Shown here: positions 50,691 through 63,302 of the stretch, in pieces | Layout of the letters: each line of letters begins with the position of its first letter | Position numbering within the stretch: the stretch's first letter is position 1 | Source of the DNA: Hydrolagus colliei | Taxonomy: Eukaryota | Length of the DNA: 64,000 nt | Assembly (NCBI GenBank): GCA_035084275.1 | Contig: CM068751.1 | Coordinates: 8,990,001 to 9,054,000, forward strand | Reading direction: 5' to 3' | Notes under the pieces: model-generated | The model's database searches: none | Told to the model about the DNA's origin: nothing | Seen by the model: only the letters and a program-made list of their open reading frames with translations | Position numbers and translations under genes: made by a program

Positions 50691-51008
50691 GTGGACTCCT
50701 GTAGCTCAGTGGTTAGAGCACTCGCCTTACAAGCGTGAGACATGTGTTCGAATCCAGGCAGGTCAGGGCAAAACCTTGGGCAAGTTTCCTTACTCCACAC
50801 ACCTAATAATAATCCGTTCAAAAATAAAACAATAAAATGGTCATTTCAATCCATGACTATTTGTGGGACACTGCTGTGTGCAATTGTCTGCCGCGTTTCA
50901 CCCACAAATATATAGTCAATTCACTTTACTGTATATTCTGTAAAGCTCTTTGAAACGTCTGGAAGACATGAAAAGCGCTATATCAAATGCAAGTATTATT
51001 ATTATTAT
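50691..51008 (+). mobile_element. SINE copy
   Basis: Full length. Confidence 0.9.
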
Positions 51009-51545
51009 AAAAACTATTTTAATTGGCGATCAATCCTTTGCTCTTAACAAGCGCGAATTGGCTTGAGAAGCACTGTAAACTGGGCAAAGAGTGTGCAAAC
51101 TATCAGAAATGTCCCCTCACTGAAAGATGCTGTTTACATCCTTTGGGTTTTACTCACACAGGGTCGTGCGGTGATGAAGTGGAAAATATTTACTTTCCAT
51201 CAGTTTTGAAATACCAGCGATATTTTCTCCAAATATGAACATCTCCTCTGCACAGCCACAAGCGCAGAGATGATTAGGAAAAAGCAACAATGCACTTTAA
51301 AAAAAAAGTTTCCATTCACAGACATTATTCGCATATCGAAAAAAAATCACAGATTATTCAGGAATGTTACTGTAACAACCCATTAACATCAAAAGCATGA
51401 TATAAATTGAGCAGCATGATTAACAAGACTTCTGTTTGGGTTTCAGAATTCCAGCATCTGCAGTATTTTGCATTTTGTCCATCCTTATGAATCTCTCTGT
51501 GACTTTATCCCATGTGAGGACAAGCTAGCTTTATAAATATACTAC

Positions 51546-51853
51546 TAATAATAATAATCTTTGAATTTGATATCGCGCTTTTCATGTCTTCTAGATGTCT
51601 CAAAGCGCATATACTGTACTGCAAAGTGAATTCACTATGGATTTTTGTAGGCGAAACACAGCAGTCTCCCACAAACAGTCATGCATTGAAATGACCAATT
51701 TTATTATCGTGATTTTTTTTGAAGGGATTACTATTATTAGGTGTATGGAGTAAGGAAACTTGCCCAAGGTTTCGCCCTGACCTGCCTGGATTGGAACACA
51801 GGTCTCACGCTTGTAAGGTGAGTGCTCTAACCACTGAGCTGTAGGAGCTCCAC
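51546..51853 (-). mobile_element. SINE copy
   Basis: Near full length. Confidence 0.9.
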
Positions 51854-52151
51854 GTATGAATGTTGTCCAGGAGAAGGTTTTTGCCTTTCACCTCCTAATT
51901 ACTGTAAGCAGTGTAATTTACACAAGTTTCCTTTCTCTGACTCACCTCAATATTTTTCTTCCCAGAGTAGCACACTCCCTTTTGGAGCCTGACTTGATTG
52001 CCATGACCACTTTGAGGAACAGCTCAGGAATTCACAGCTCTGCAGTGTAAATGATTGAAGTCCCTGGTCAACGTGACTGGGAGCGCAAAGAATCAATTCT
52101 GTTCTTGGTCGCTCCATTACTGGAAACAATATTACTTGGCTATCAGCAGCA

Positions 52152-52446
52152 TGATCCTGTAGTTCAGTGGTTAGAGCACAAGCCTTACAAGACCTGTGAT
52201 CAAATCCAGGAAGGTCAGGGCGAAACCTTGGGCAAGATTTCTTACTCCACACGACTAATAATAATCTCTAAAAAAAAAGGTCGATTCAATCCACAACTGC
52301 TTGTAGGACCCTGCTGTGCATAATCGGCTGCCGCGTTTCGCCCATACATATACAATCAATTCACTTTACAGTGTATTCTGTGAAGCGCTTTTAGACGTCT
52401 AGAAAGTTTGAAAAGTGCTACATCAAATGCAAGAATTATTATTATT
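52152..52446 (+). mobile_element. SINE copy
   Basis: Near full length. Confidence 0.88.
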
Positions 52447-52676
52447 TCCCTTTTAAATATTCCGCATTTAATTTCTGTCCTTTTGGCCTTCACTAGTTCT
52501 CGTCTCCAAGAATCCTATTTCCACAACAACAAAATTACATTTGTAGAGCGTCTTTCGTGACAGGAGGACATCTCAAGGCGCTGAACAGCCAGCGGGCCAG
52601 AGTTTGTGCTAAAACAGTTCCATTGCTTGCAGGTCTGGCTGATGGCATTAGTTAGCAGGACGCTTTCAAATAAGCT

Positions 52677-53105
52677 ACAATAACAAAATTACATTTATAC
52701 AGCGCTTTTCACGTCGGGAGGACGTCCCAAGGCGCTGAACAGTCAGGTCGGGCACCTGAGCAAGGGTGAGGGCAGGGTAGAGGAGGGAGAGAGTTGGGAG
52801 GGGAGGGAGAGAGTTGGGAGGGCAGCAGAACGCATGATCGAAGAGGAGGGTCTTGAGACTGGCCTTGAAGGAGGCGAGGGAGGGAGCGAGGCGAAGGGAC
52901 TGTGGGATGGAGTTCCAGAGCGTGGGGTGGAAGAGAGGCTAAAAGCCCATCCGCCAATGGTAGGGTGGGGGACATGGAGCAGGCGGGAGCCCGCTGAATG
53001 GAGCGGGTGTGGAGGTTCATAGGGGGACAGCAGGTCGGAGAGGTGGGGGGTGGGGGCAAGGCTGTGAATGGCCTTGAAGTTGAGGACGAGGATCTTGAAT
53101 TCGAT
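52677..53105 (-). mobile_element. L2 3' fragment
   Basis: IEFKILVLNFKAIHSLAP plus the L2 tail. Confidence 0.9.
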
Positions 53106-53942
53106 TTTAGTTACATTTGATATGGAGAAGGGTTAGGGTTGCTTGTATATGGAGAGCATTGTGATGTCCACAGACTGTTGTTGGTTCCTCTTCTAGCAAC
53201 AAGCCGGACACCGCCAACATCATCTCTACGGGAACTACTAACTCAAGGTGATAAAACAAAAAATCACCTGGGCCTTTGCTTCTATCATTATCCAAAAATG
53301 CATTCCAACAGCACAGACCCATGCTGAGACACAGAGCCTTTCCCTTCACTTGTAGAAAATAGGAACTGACATTGCACTTCAGTTTACATCCTTTCCCTTT
53401 CACTCCTACAAGCCTTTATTGATCATGCTATCCTGAAACTGTCATGTCTTCTCTCCCTGAACTTTCTCAGGAGCACTTTGCATAGGACACCGTTATGGTT
53501 TTGTTTCAAGAAGATGTACAATATTCTGTTTAATTTGGATTCCAGCATCAAACAGAAGCACTGATCGATCTGGCTGCTGCTAACTCTATGTGGCCCCAAT
53601 CATTGTGTAACCCTTGAGGAATTCATTTAAAAAATATATATATATTGACTTCTTAACCTATAATAATTCTCGTATTAAACCAATTAATGATTTCCTTTCC
53701 TCTCCCTTGGTGCTCTTAGTCATGTATATATCGCTTTTCAGTTAACCAATTGCCTTCTTTCAGACACGTGAGCCTTTTGTTACAGACAGGCGTGAGAGTT
53801 GCGTTGTGATTGGGACATCAAATTTAGCAAAATAATACTACTGTATTAATATGATGATGAGAGTGCAGTAATCAAGCAGAGTTTGAGGATTATCAAGGGA
53901 AGATCAAATTGCCATGTTTATTAATTTATGTATAGTACAGTA

Positions 53943-54631
53943 CAGGTACCCCGCCCCAACCATGGCCTTGCCTTGCCAACCACAAACTCATGGATCCACG
54001 GTTTGCTAAATGCGACAACCCTCGCAAACCATGTTTTGCGTATCCGCGATTTAAATCCGCCGATTTAAATTTTCAAGTTTCACTCCTCCAAACAAGGGAC
54101 CGCATTCATCCGCGTATTGGTGTGTATTCATCCGGTCCGCGTTTCCCGCCTATCAGCATCTTTACTACCCCACGTGTTCTAGCTGCACTCGTGGATCTAC
54201 AGGTAGTGTGTGTGTGTGTGTGAGCAGCTAGTGTATAGCACTAGGACCCAGTTTGCAATGTTGCAATCAACCAGCGACAACACTTCTCTCTAAGGTAAAT
54301 ACAGTAACATGAATTTATTGTCGCTTCTCCGCAGCCTAGCTATTAAGTTTGGGAGCATTGGTCGCCAGGATCTGCATCCTCGCTCTCTCTGTGTGTAAGT
54401 GAGAGACTCACCTCTCTATTTCACCTTTCTCTTCCCCCCACCCCTCCGCGAACTTACTCCCCGTATCTCCATGTTCCACTAGGGCCGTGCATTGCCCAAC
54501 CTTGAAAAAGCAAACTTACTTTCTCCCCGAATCCCTGTGTTTCCCATAGGGCCCTGCATTTTCCAACTGCGATTTTTCCAACCACGGAGGTTTACAGGAA
54601 CGTATCCCCCGTGGTTGGGGAGGGATACCTG
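53943..54631. mobile_element. Non-autonomous Tc1/mariner (Tigger/pogo-like) DNA transposon, 689 bp
   Basis: 23-bp TIRs CAGGTACCCCGCCCCAACCATGG and CAGGTATCCCTCCCCAACCACGG (3 mismatches), flanked by TA on both sides. Confidence 0.85.
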
Positions 54632-57321
54632 TACAATTACATGTATTTGATTTTCACTCTGAGCTGAATCACTAAAACTCTCGATGAGCTGATGTGGTTT
54701 TCCTTTGTGAAAGAAGTCATGAAACTACTGGTAGCGCTTATCACACCCTCAGGTTCATGAAAATGCACACTGTATCCATCAGTTACAGCACAAATTATTA
54801 TCCCCATATAATGATAATAATCCCTGCATTTGATATAGCGCTTTTCACTTAGACGTCTCTCTCTCTCCCATCCATCTGAAGATATTGTGCTCAACCACTT
54901 AATCTTCTATTTTACACTGCGTCGAAACAACAAACCATGAGTTTCGAAAACTTTATTGCTTGACTTTTTCCATTCAGCATTGCATGGCGCAATAGCAATT
55001 GTCTCATCGTTCACAACTCTGCTCTGAACACAAAGTAAAGCATACTTTCTTAGTGTGCTTACGTTGTTTGCATAGTGTACCTATATTTATGTCCATCCAT
55101 GCATGCAGTTAGGCTCAAAGCACAACAGAAAGAAAATTGGAAAAAAGGAGAAGCTTTTGTGCATCATAAGTGGAACATTAGCAGGTGTAGTCGTGTTGAA
55201 TTTCCATAGGCCTCTGGGGCAATAGCTACGGAGAATTCAAAAGGATTCAATAATAGTTTAATTGAACATCTGTGAATTGGGAATTAATTGATTTCAAAAG
55301 AATGAGAACAAATGCAAGGCAAGGGACCCCCAAAGAGCTCAAAGGGAAGGAAACGACCGAATCAGCATTGTTTCTTTGGGCCATTTTACATGTGCACAAA
55401 TCTTCTTCATTGAAATCCCTCAAAACTTCCCGATTTAAAAAGAATATGATTCCACAAATAAGAAACAAAAGAATATGAAACGTCCCTTTAGGCTACGATA
55501 ACCCTTCCCGTTTGCAGGAAGCAGAATATGCAGAAACAATTGCTTCCTACCAAGCTATTCTGCTGAGTGGGATGGAGATGAAATGCGCAGTTTTGTATAA
55601 ATAAATCATTGCCTGTTCAGCCTTTGCTTAGGAACAAAGTACTTTCCTGTACCTCTTTTGGTGTTGCTACTTCTCAGTCACTGGCTATAACACAATGATT
55701 TGCTTGTTCAGTTATTATCGCTTTGTCAGTAATTACTTGGTTGCTGTTCATGCCTGAATACTTTTTTTCTGGTTAAGTACAAAAAAAAAGGCAAGAAACA
55801 CAAAGAGAGGAATATTGACTGTTGTAACAGGGCAGCGCGTCCCTGTTGTCCAAGGAAGGGAATCAGACTAACGTCATAGCAAATAAATAAGGTTGCTTTT
55901 CCTTTTTTCTTCCCTTTTTGACTATTTTCCATTTAATGTTGTGTTGATATTTATTTGATCAATTTACTTTACAGCGCTGTGAAGCGCTTTGAGACATCTG
56001 AATGATGTTGTAAGGCGCTATATTAAATGCAAGGATTATTCTTATTCTTATTGTTAAGTTCCTCATCTTTCCTTGTTGTCTCTGTGAGCCAGATAGTTAC
56101 TCTTCACCGCAATGGGAGCGTTTCACCTGTGACACATCAATTTGCAATACATTTCTTGCAGCATTCCAGAGTTCTTTTAATCACCATTTGTCTCCTATCT
56201 TGTGCATAGGTTAGATTGCATCAACTTAATTGCTGTGTCGACAAATTCCATCCCATTTACAGTATATACAGTCATCCATATCATCCTTTCGAACTTAAAT
56301 TGATCATGATATTAAGTCATGTCTCTAATGCAATGGATGTAGAAACAAAACATCTCCTTTTAGAGTGAGATCAATGCATTCCTTGCCTTATTCATAGTCA
56401 TTTGGCCAGTGAATAGCAGGAAGCTATTCAGCCCACCAAGCGTAAATTGGTGTGAACTCATTCAATAGATTTGACTATTCTAATCCCAATGCTTTTACTC
56501 ACTCCCTTCATTGTTTGCCAAATTTTAGCCAATTCCCTTTTAAATATTGGCACAGTAACTATGTAATACAATACTATACAAAATTACTTTGTATAGCACC
56601 TTTGACCGGAGGACTTCTCAAGGTGCTGGACAGTCAGGGAATTTCAATAAATGTCTTCAGGAAAATGCTTCTTCTAACTCTACCCTCTTTGATTCTTCCA
56701 ATAACAATAATGGTCTTATGTCCCTGGTTACTAGTTGCAAAACATTAGGAATAAATCTATTAAATCACTATGTATCATCTCCAAACCTTTCAGCATTTTG
56801 AAGACATCTGAATGATTGCTCTCTTAAATCCTTTCTGTTCTAATAAAGGCAGTCTATTTTTTGTAGCTCCCGTTCTTTACCGTAACCCTCTCATCCTTGC
56901 TATCATTTGTGCGATCCTAAATTATACCCTTTCTGATGATCTGATTTTTTGAATTTTATGAGATGGGGCTCCCAGATTTCACACAGTATTTCAAACATAT
57001 TATCCAACCTATGTCTTGAATTAATGTAACATAATTGCTTTGGGTTTCAATTTCTCTCTACATATAAATCCAACAAATCCATTTTCTTTTTATAGCTTTT
57101 TCTACCTGTGCTGCCATCTATGTCACCCTGACAGCCTGTCACCTATCATCCTGACTAATTTGATATCATGTTGTGATGGACAGAGGGATCAAGCATTCAG
57201 AAAAGCATAAAAAAGAGCATTTAGACAGGACACTCTTCCCGTCATTTTCATACATTCAATTTACAAAGCAGAATGTAAGAATTATTAGTAAATGTAATTA
57301 CAGATTTATCCAGACTTAATC

Positions 57322-57359
57322 TGAGATTAAATGGTCGAGATGAGATTAAATGGTCGAGA
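57322..57359 (+). repeat. 19-bp tandem duplication
   Basis: tgagattaaatggtcgaga x2. Confidence 0.85.
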
Positions 57360-57639
57360 TCACAAATTACACTCTTTCACACCCACCGCGGTTTGAATGT
57401 ACAATTTCTATGGACTGATGGTTGTCAAACAGGCTGTCATTTTTCCCTCTACTTTTTTGTCACCTTTGCATAAAAGAGTTGAGTCAGGACGAATAGGGAA
57501 ATAAATGGACTCAAAAAAAGTGTCAAACAAAAACCAAATCCAATACTGCCTAAAGAAGCAGAGAAACCATGCAGAATGATCAACAGCAAAATTATATTTT
57601 TCTTTGCAGTCAAACATATTTATTTTAAAAAAATGTAAT

Positions 57640-57870
57640 AATAATAATACTTACATTTATATAGCGCTTTCCACATCTTATTGACGTCTCACAGCGCTTC
57701 ACAGAATACAACAACATCCCAAAGGTAGGGACCAGAGCGGGTGTGGGGGTAGGGAGAAGGAATATAAGAAAATTGACTGTATATTTGTGGGGGAAACACG
57801 GCAGCCAAATTGAGCACAGCAGGGTCCCACAAACAGTCATGGAAGTGGGATTAAGGGAAATGGGGGGTAA
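57640..57870 (-). mobile_element. Second copy of the headless SINE-body/L2-like element
   Basis: See 48660-48920. Confidence 0.7.
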
Positions 57871-58249
57871 AGATGTCAAGGGGATAATATCAGATTATTG
57901 CCCATACTCAGTATGGCACGGTGTATAATTAAAAGTACTGTATCTGTATTTAAATCACCTAGGATAATCTAATCTTCATCAAATGACCTACAAGGTCCTG
58001 GCATTTTAAGAACTGCTTGGTGCAAATGTAAAAATGTTCTTGTGTCTCTTTTCAAAGTCCGTAATTGATTTTTGGGGGTTTATCCTCTGAACAGAATTTG
58101 ACTTCAATTTTGCGGCATTGGGAAATAGATGGAATATTTTTTATCCCGACCCACGTCCAAACAATCAGCATTAAAGATTCAACGAACGGTAATTCTTGAG
58201 ATTCAAAGTTGATGAACAACAATTTCAATGTTATGAATGGTGTATGGAA

Positions 58250-58540
58250 AATAATAATAATCCTTGCATTTGAAATAGTGCTTTTCACATCTTCTAGATG
58301 TCCCAAAGTGCTTCACAGAATATACTATAAAGTGAATTGACAGTACATTTGTGGGGGAAACGCGGCAGTCAATTGCACACAGCAGTGTCCCAAAAACAAT
58401 CGTGGATTAAAACGACCACATTTTTTTGTGGGATTACGTTTGAAGTAAGGAAACTTGTCCAAGGTTTCACCCTGCCGGGAATTGAACCCAGGTCTCTCGC
58501 TTGGAAGGCGAGTGCTCTAACCACTGAGCTACAGGACTCC
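58250..58540 (-). mobile_element. SINE copy
   Basis: Family consensus with the GGGTTCAATTCCC head variant. Confidence 0.9.
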
Positions 58541-59217
58541 AGGCAACTTCCGTACATTTGTATTCTGAACCAGATCGGAATCCTATCTGCTCATCAGAGA
58601 AAACAGCTTAGACCAAAAGAACTGGTTCAATAGAAACCATTTTGAATTAAAACGGTTCATTAATATCTAAAAGTATTCTTTGTGGCCATTTATTTATGCT
58701 GGCAAATGAACACAAATGAATACTCTGGTTAATGGAGAATGACTCGGTTTCAAAAACAAACAAACCTCTCACTTGTGGAATGCCTCAAGGAAAGAAATGA
58801 CATTTATAGATTTCTGAGAAGCTGAAACTGAATTACGAAGATGAGATAGATTTTTTTTCAAAACGTAAAGAGCCATTTGACCTCTCCAAGGGGATGTGTT
58901 CATTCAATACACGGCTTGCAAAAAAAGAATGCCTAGTCCTTTTTGACATAATTTTGTTATGTTAATAAAGCGTGATGAAAATCAATTTCTTTCTTCCTGA
59001 TATGTGGCAGTCAGTTACTAACTTCATCAGAAAAGTTGCTCGGTTTGCACGTTAGTCTGAAGGCAGCCTCTCAGTCCATTACAACATATTGAAACATAAA
59101 ATGCACTGATTCAGAAGAATCCCAACAATCTGATTGCAAGTTAGTTCAAATCACGGTTACAGTAAACAGCAATTGCTGCGTATCTGCCTTTTGACGGGAA
59201 GAAAAACGATTCATTGG

Positions 59218-59670
59218 AAGTCTTCATCACAAATCGACTCGACTACGCCAACACCCTCCTTGTTGACCTTCCCAAATCCCCCCTCCATAGGCTGCAGGTA
59301 ATCCAGAACTCTGCGGCCCGTGTCCTCCATCGCTCCAAGTTTCATGGCCCCATCTACCGCATCCTCGACCAACTCCATTGGTTCCCCATCATCCAGAGGA
59401 TCCAATTCCAAGTTCCTGGTCCTCACCTTCAAAGCCCTCCATGGCCTCCAACCCGCAGTCCCCCTGCCTCGCCCCCTCCCTAGCCTCTTTCAAGTCCCTC
59501 TGTCTCAAGACTCTCCTCTTCGATGGTCCCATCGATCATCCCACATCCCCCACTTTTCCCTCCACTCTCCCAGTCGCCCGACCCCAGCTCGGGTCTGAAA
59601 CAATGACTGTCCAGTGCCTTGGGATGTCCTCCTGATGTGAAAGGCGCTATGCAAGTGTAATTTTGTTTTT
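59218..59670 (+). mobile_element. L2 3' fragment
   Basis: FITNRLDYANTLL...QNSAARVL...LHWFP plus the tail. Confidence 0.9.
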
Positions 59671-60808
59671 GGTATTGTTTGAATAACAGATACAACGTGA
59701 GCTATACTACACAAGTATTTTGTGGCCAGTACCGAAATTGTTCAACAAAAAATACTCACAAAGTAGAATAACATTGAGCAATTCTGATGAGATCAGGTGT
59801 TGGAATAACCTTTGTATCCATTTCAATGTGAAACATAAATTTTCAAATGCTGTATGATCAGGTTGCATATAAAATCAGCAGACAGTACAACTGTGCGAGG
59901 AAATATACTTGTGTTCTCTTGTAGCTTCACTAGTTAATTGCCTTCAATTTCTTCATAGATCTGCAATCCGCATCCCATTTAAAATCAATGACGATTAATA
60001 ATGTGAACAATTTCCATATCAAGTATGGAACAGAAGCAGGATAAGCACAATATTTTCTTTCAATCCAATTACCACTGGTATTGGCTTTATGGGTTAGATG
60101 TGGTTGAGCCATTGTCAGATTTAAATTGACGGAAACTATAACATCATTAATAAATAATATGCAATGAGGTAGCCAACTGCCATACAGCAATGTCCTACAA
60201 ACAGCAATAAAATGAATCACCAATCTCATTTGGTGGATTATTGGTCAGGACACTGGGAACTACTCTCAAATCAGAGGCACCCCGCAAGAGACAAGAGTCT
60301 TTTCAATTGAGCTGACACCTGATTTTATGTTACTGACAAGGTTCATCAAATGGCTTGATGCATCTCTGTAGCGTTTGATCGCAAATTGAAAGCCCCGATT
60401 AATTCAGTGTATTTGGACATTGTACAGTTTTTGGCATTATCTTCAAAAGGATATTAACAACAACAACTTGCCTTCATATAATGTTCTTCATCCGTGGTAG
60501 CATCTCAGCGTGGCTTTTAAAGTGTTGGAGGATAGAATCTGATACTGTTTAATGCAGCGTTTATAAATTATGAAGTGAGGCTCACAGAATTGGGTTTGTT
60601 TTACTCAGAGTTTATGATTGAGATTAGAAAAATGCAGAGACATGGAACATGTGAATGTAACCAGGTTACTTAAACTTTGGGACGTCCTCCCGACGTGAAA
60701 GGTGCTCTATAAATGTAATTTTGTTGTTGTCGTTTAACAATAGTCACAGAACGAGGACGTGATTACAAAATAAACAAACCTGAAATGGGGTTAGAGATCA
60801 GAAAAAGT

Positions 60809-61638
60809 TGGAGCTCCTGTAGCCCAGTGGTTAGAGCACACTCACCACAAGTGTGAGACCTGTGTTTGAATCCAGGCAGGTCAGGGCGAAATGTTAGGTT
60901 CAGAATTTAGACAATCTGTAACTAGAAAATAGTCAGTCAATACAGTCAAAAACAAGAGGTAAGTAGGTTTAGCAAAAACGATTTATTCAACTACATGCAT
61001 ATAAGTCATCAATTAGTCTCATATGCCCATAGGGTCAGTTGTCTCTCAGGCAGACAAAAGACCTCGTGTCCAGCGTTTTCACATCTTTTATACAGAAAGA
61101 GATATATCTTAAGAAAGGGGTATTCCCTTTCTTAAACCAATTACAATGCTGCCATGTATACATCTTGTAGCTGGAAATTACTGGTACAAACGGCTTTTAC
61201 CAGCTGCATAGTTAGGTCTAGCACATTCATTCTTACTTATCTCACCTGTCGCAGCCAAGGTGGCAGTTTTATCAGACAAGACAATGGACAAAGCGGTTAC
61301 CTCACCTACTAATCCTTAGAACAATAAGAGCTAACTAACCTAATCAGAAGAGGGAAGCAAAGGTTTTTAACATAACATAAACTACTATCTTTCCTCTATC
61401 AGAAATCTTGGGCAAGTTTCCTTACTCCACATGCCTAATAAAAATCCCTCCAAAAAACCACAGTGATAAAATTGGTCATTTCAATCCATGACTGTTTGTG
61501 GAGACGCTGCTGTGCGCAATTGGCTGCCGCGTTTCGCCCACAAATATACCGTCAATTCACTTTACAGTATGTTCTGTGAAGTGCTTTGAGACCTCGATAA
61601 GATGTGAAAAGCGCTGTATCGCAAAATTCAAGGATGAT
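60809..61638 (+). mobile_element. SINE copy split by a solo LTR
   Basis: Head at 60809-60891; the body resumes at 61402. Confidence 0.9.
60892..61401 (-). mobile_element. Solo LTR, 510 bp
   Basis: TG...CA termini with imperfect inverted ends; 4-bp TSD GAAA (60888-60891 and 61402-61405); on the minus strand TATAAAA (~61086-61092) precedes AATAAA (~60982-60987). Confidence 0.85.
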
Positions 61639-63302
61639 TAAGTTTCCTTTCTCACAGAACAGAGGACATGTGGAGCAGACCCATTAAAAGCAACGACTCC
61701 TTCAATAATAGCTGAACAGATATCTGGATGTGGAACAAGAAGGTTATCAGCGCAAGAACACAGAGGAAAGCAATCAAATGCTCTATAGAACACGATGGCC
61801 CCTCTTCTGTAAACTATACCTGGGAGTGTCATTTGTAGATACAAGTTAAATGAACATTCATCCATGGGGGTAAAAGACAGCCCATTATGTTGCTCATTTG
61901 TCACTATATTTGATGAATATGGTTATTGTTCCTCCTATTTTTTAATGTGCTCATGTTTTCAAAACATCAGATATTCTAAAATTTGATCCACCCAAATCGT
62001 TCGCTCGTAAAGTTTCAGTACACGAACAGCACCAATAAAATTTGAAAGCATGGAATTTGAAATCTTTTAAATTATATTTAAAAAAAGCTATGTGTATACA
62101 ATTTTCAGTCTGGAAATTCAATTTAAATGATATCGAGAAAATTATATAGCGAAATAACACACTGGAACTTTTTTCTTACAATTAGCATTTTTTCGAACCG
62201 CTTAAATGAGACATTCTCCCGGTTCTGGGCAAAGCTCCATTTTAATACATGGAAGAGCCCAAACATCCATGAGATTCATTGGAACGAGAACTATCCGTTT
62301 CAAAGCAGATTTCTGATGCAAGTGAAGAGTGAAGAACCGCAGATTTACTCTCAAGGTAAGAAGAAGATGAGCCTATTATGCACAGTTCTTACACTTGATT
62401 TGAAGAAGCAATATGAGCTGCCTGACCTTTTGGCATTCCATCGTGTTTCCATGTGTGGTAAATTCCCTTCCGTGTTATTTACAAGTTCAGAAAAAAAGGA
62501 ACTTTAACTGCAAATAGCTGACCGTTTCATTGACTGTATCAAATTGCTAAATTAATAACACCTTGTTACTTGTCATTTTATTTATGTTCCCTGAAGGAAG
62601 ACCATATATTAATCCAAGGTGCTGCATGATTTACAAAGCAAATATCCTTCTTGAAATTACCTCCAAAATTTTCCAGGGTTAAATCTTAGATCATTCCTTC
62701 CATGTAGAGCTATTGAGAGATGTAAGGAAAGTAACAGCTAACTCTGGTTACCGACCACATGCCTGGCTCAGAATCCTTGGATTTTCTTAAAATTTGTCTT
62801 TGCAATTGCAAATACATTTAGCTCTTTATAATTCAGGAAAATAGTACTATGGAATAAAGGCAAAGTGAAACCTTGTCACGTTAATGTGACAGATAATGTG
62901 AGAAACCTTACTTCACACATTTACACAGTACATTTGCATTTCAATTCGAAATGAATCTACATAAAACTCCTTGGGTACAGGGAGTTAATTGACTTCCAAA
63001 CAAAATACTCTGAAAGTGTTCAGCCTCCGGCTTGTAATTACAGAGCCGTAGCCATTAAAAGCACTGATTATAGTTGTTTTTTTTAAAAAAATAACTGCAC
63101 AGGTAGAACTTAAATAATCATTAACCGGAACCTTATTTCTTTTAACTTGTCTTGGTAAAAGCTGATTTGAATTACAGTGGTAGGTTATAACTGTACTGTA
63201 TTTAGCACAACTGCATTAAAAATATTGTGGTATGCATATCAGGTCATAAGAGATGAAAGCATGGGATTAGAATAGGCCATATTAAGTCCATGTCTTATTC
63301 AT

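Noticed and set aside
50691-50770. tRNA-Val(TAC)/Ala-like genes at SINE heads
   Set aside because: They have A/B boxes but no proper acceptor stem, are always followed by the SINE body, and vary between copies.
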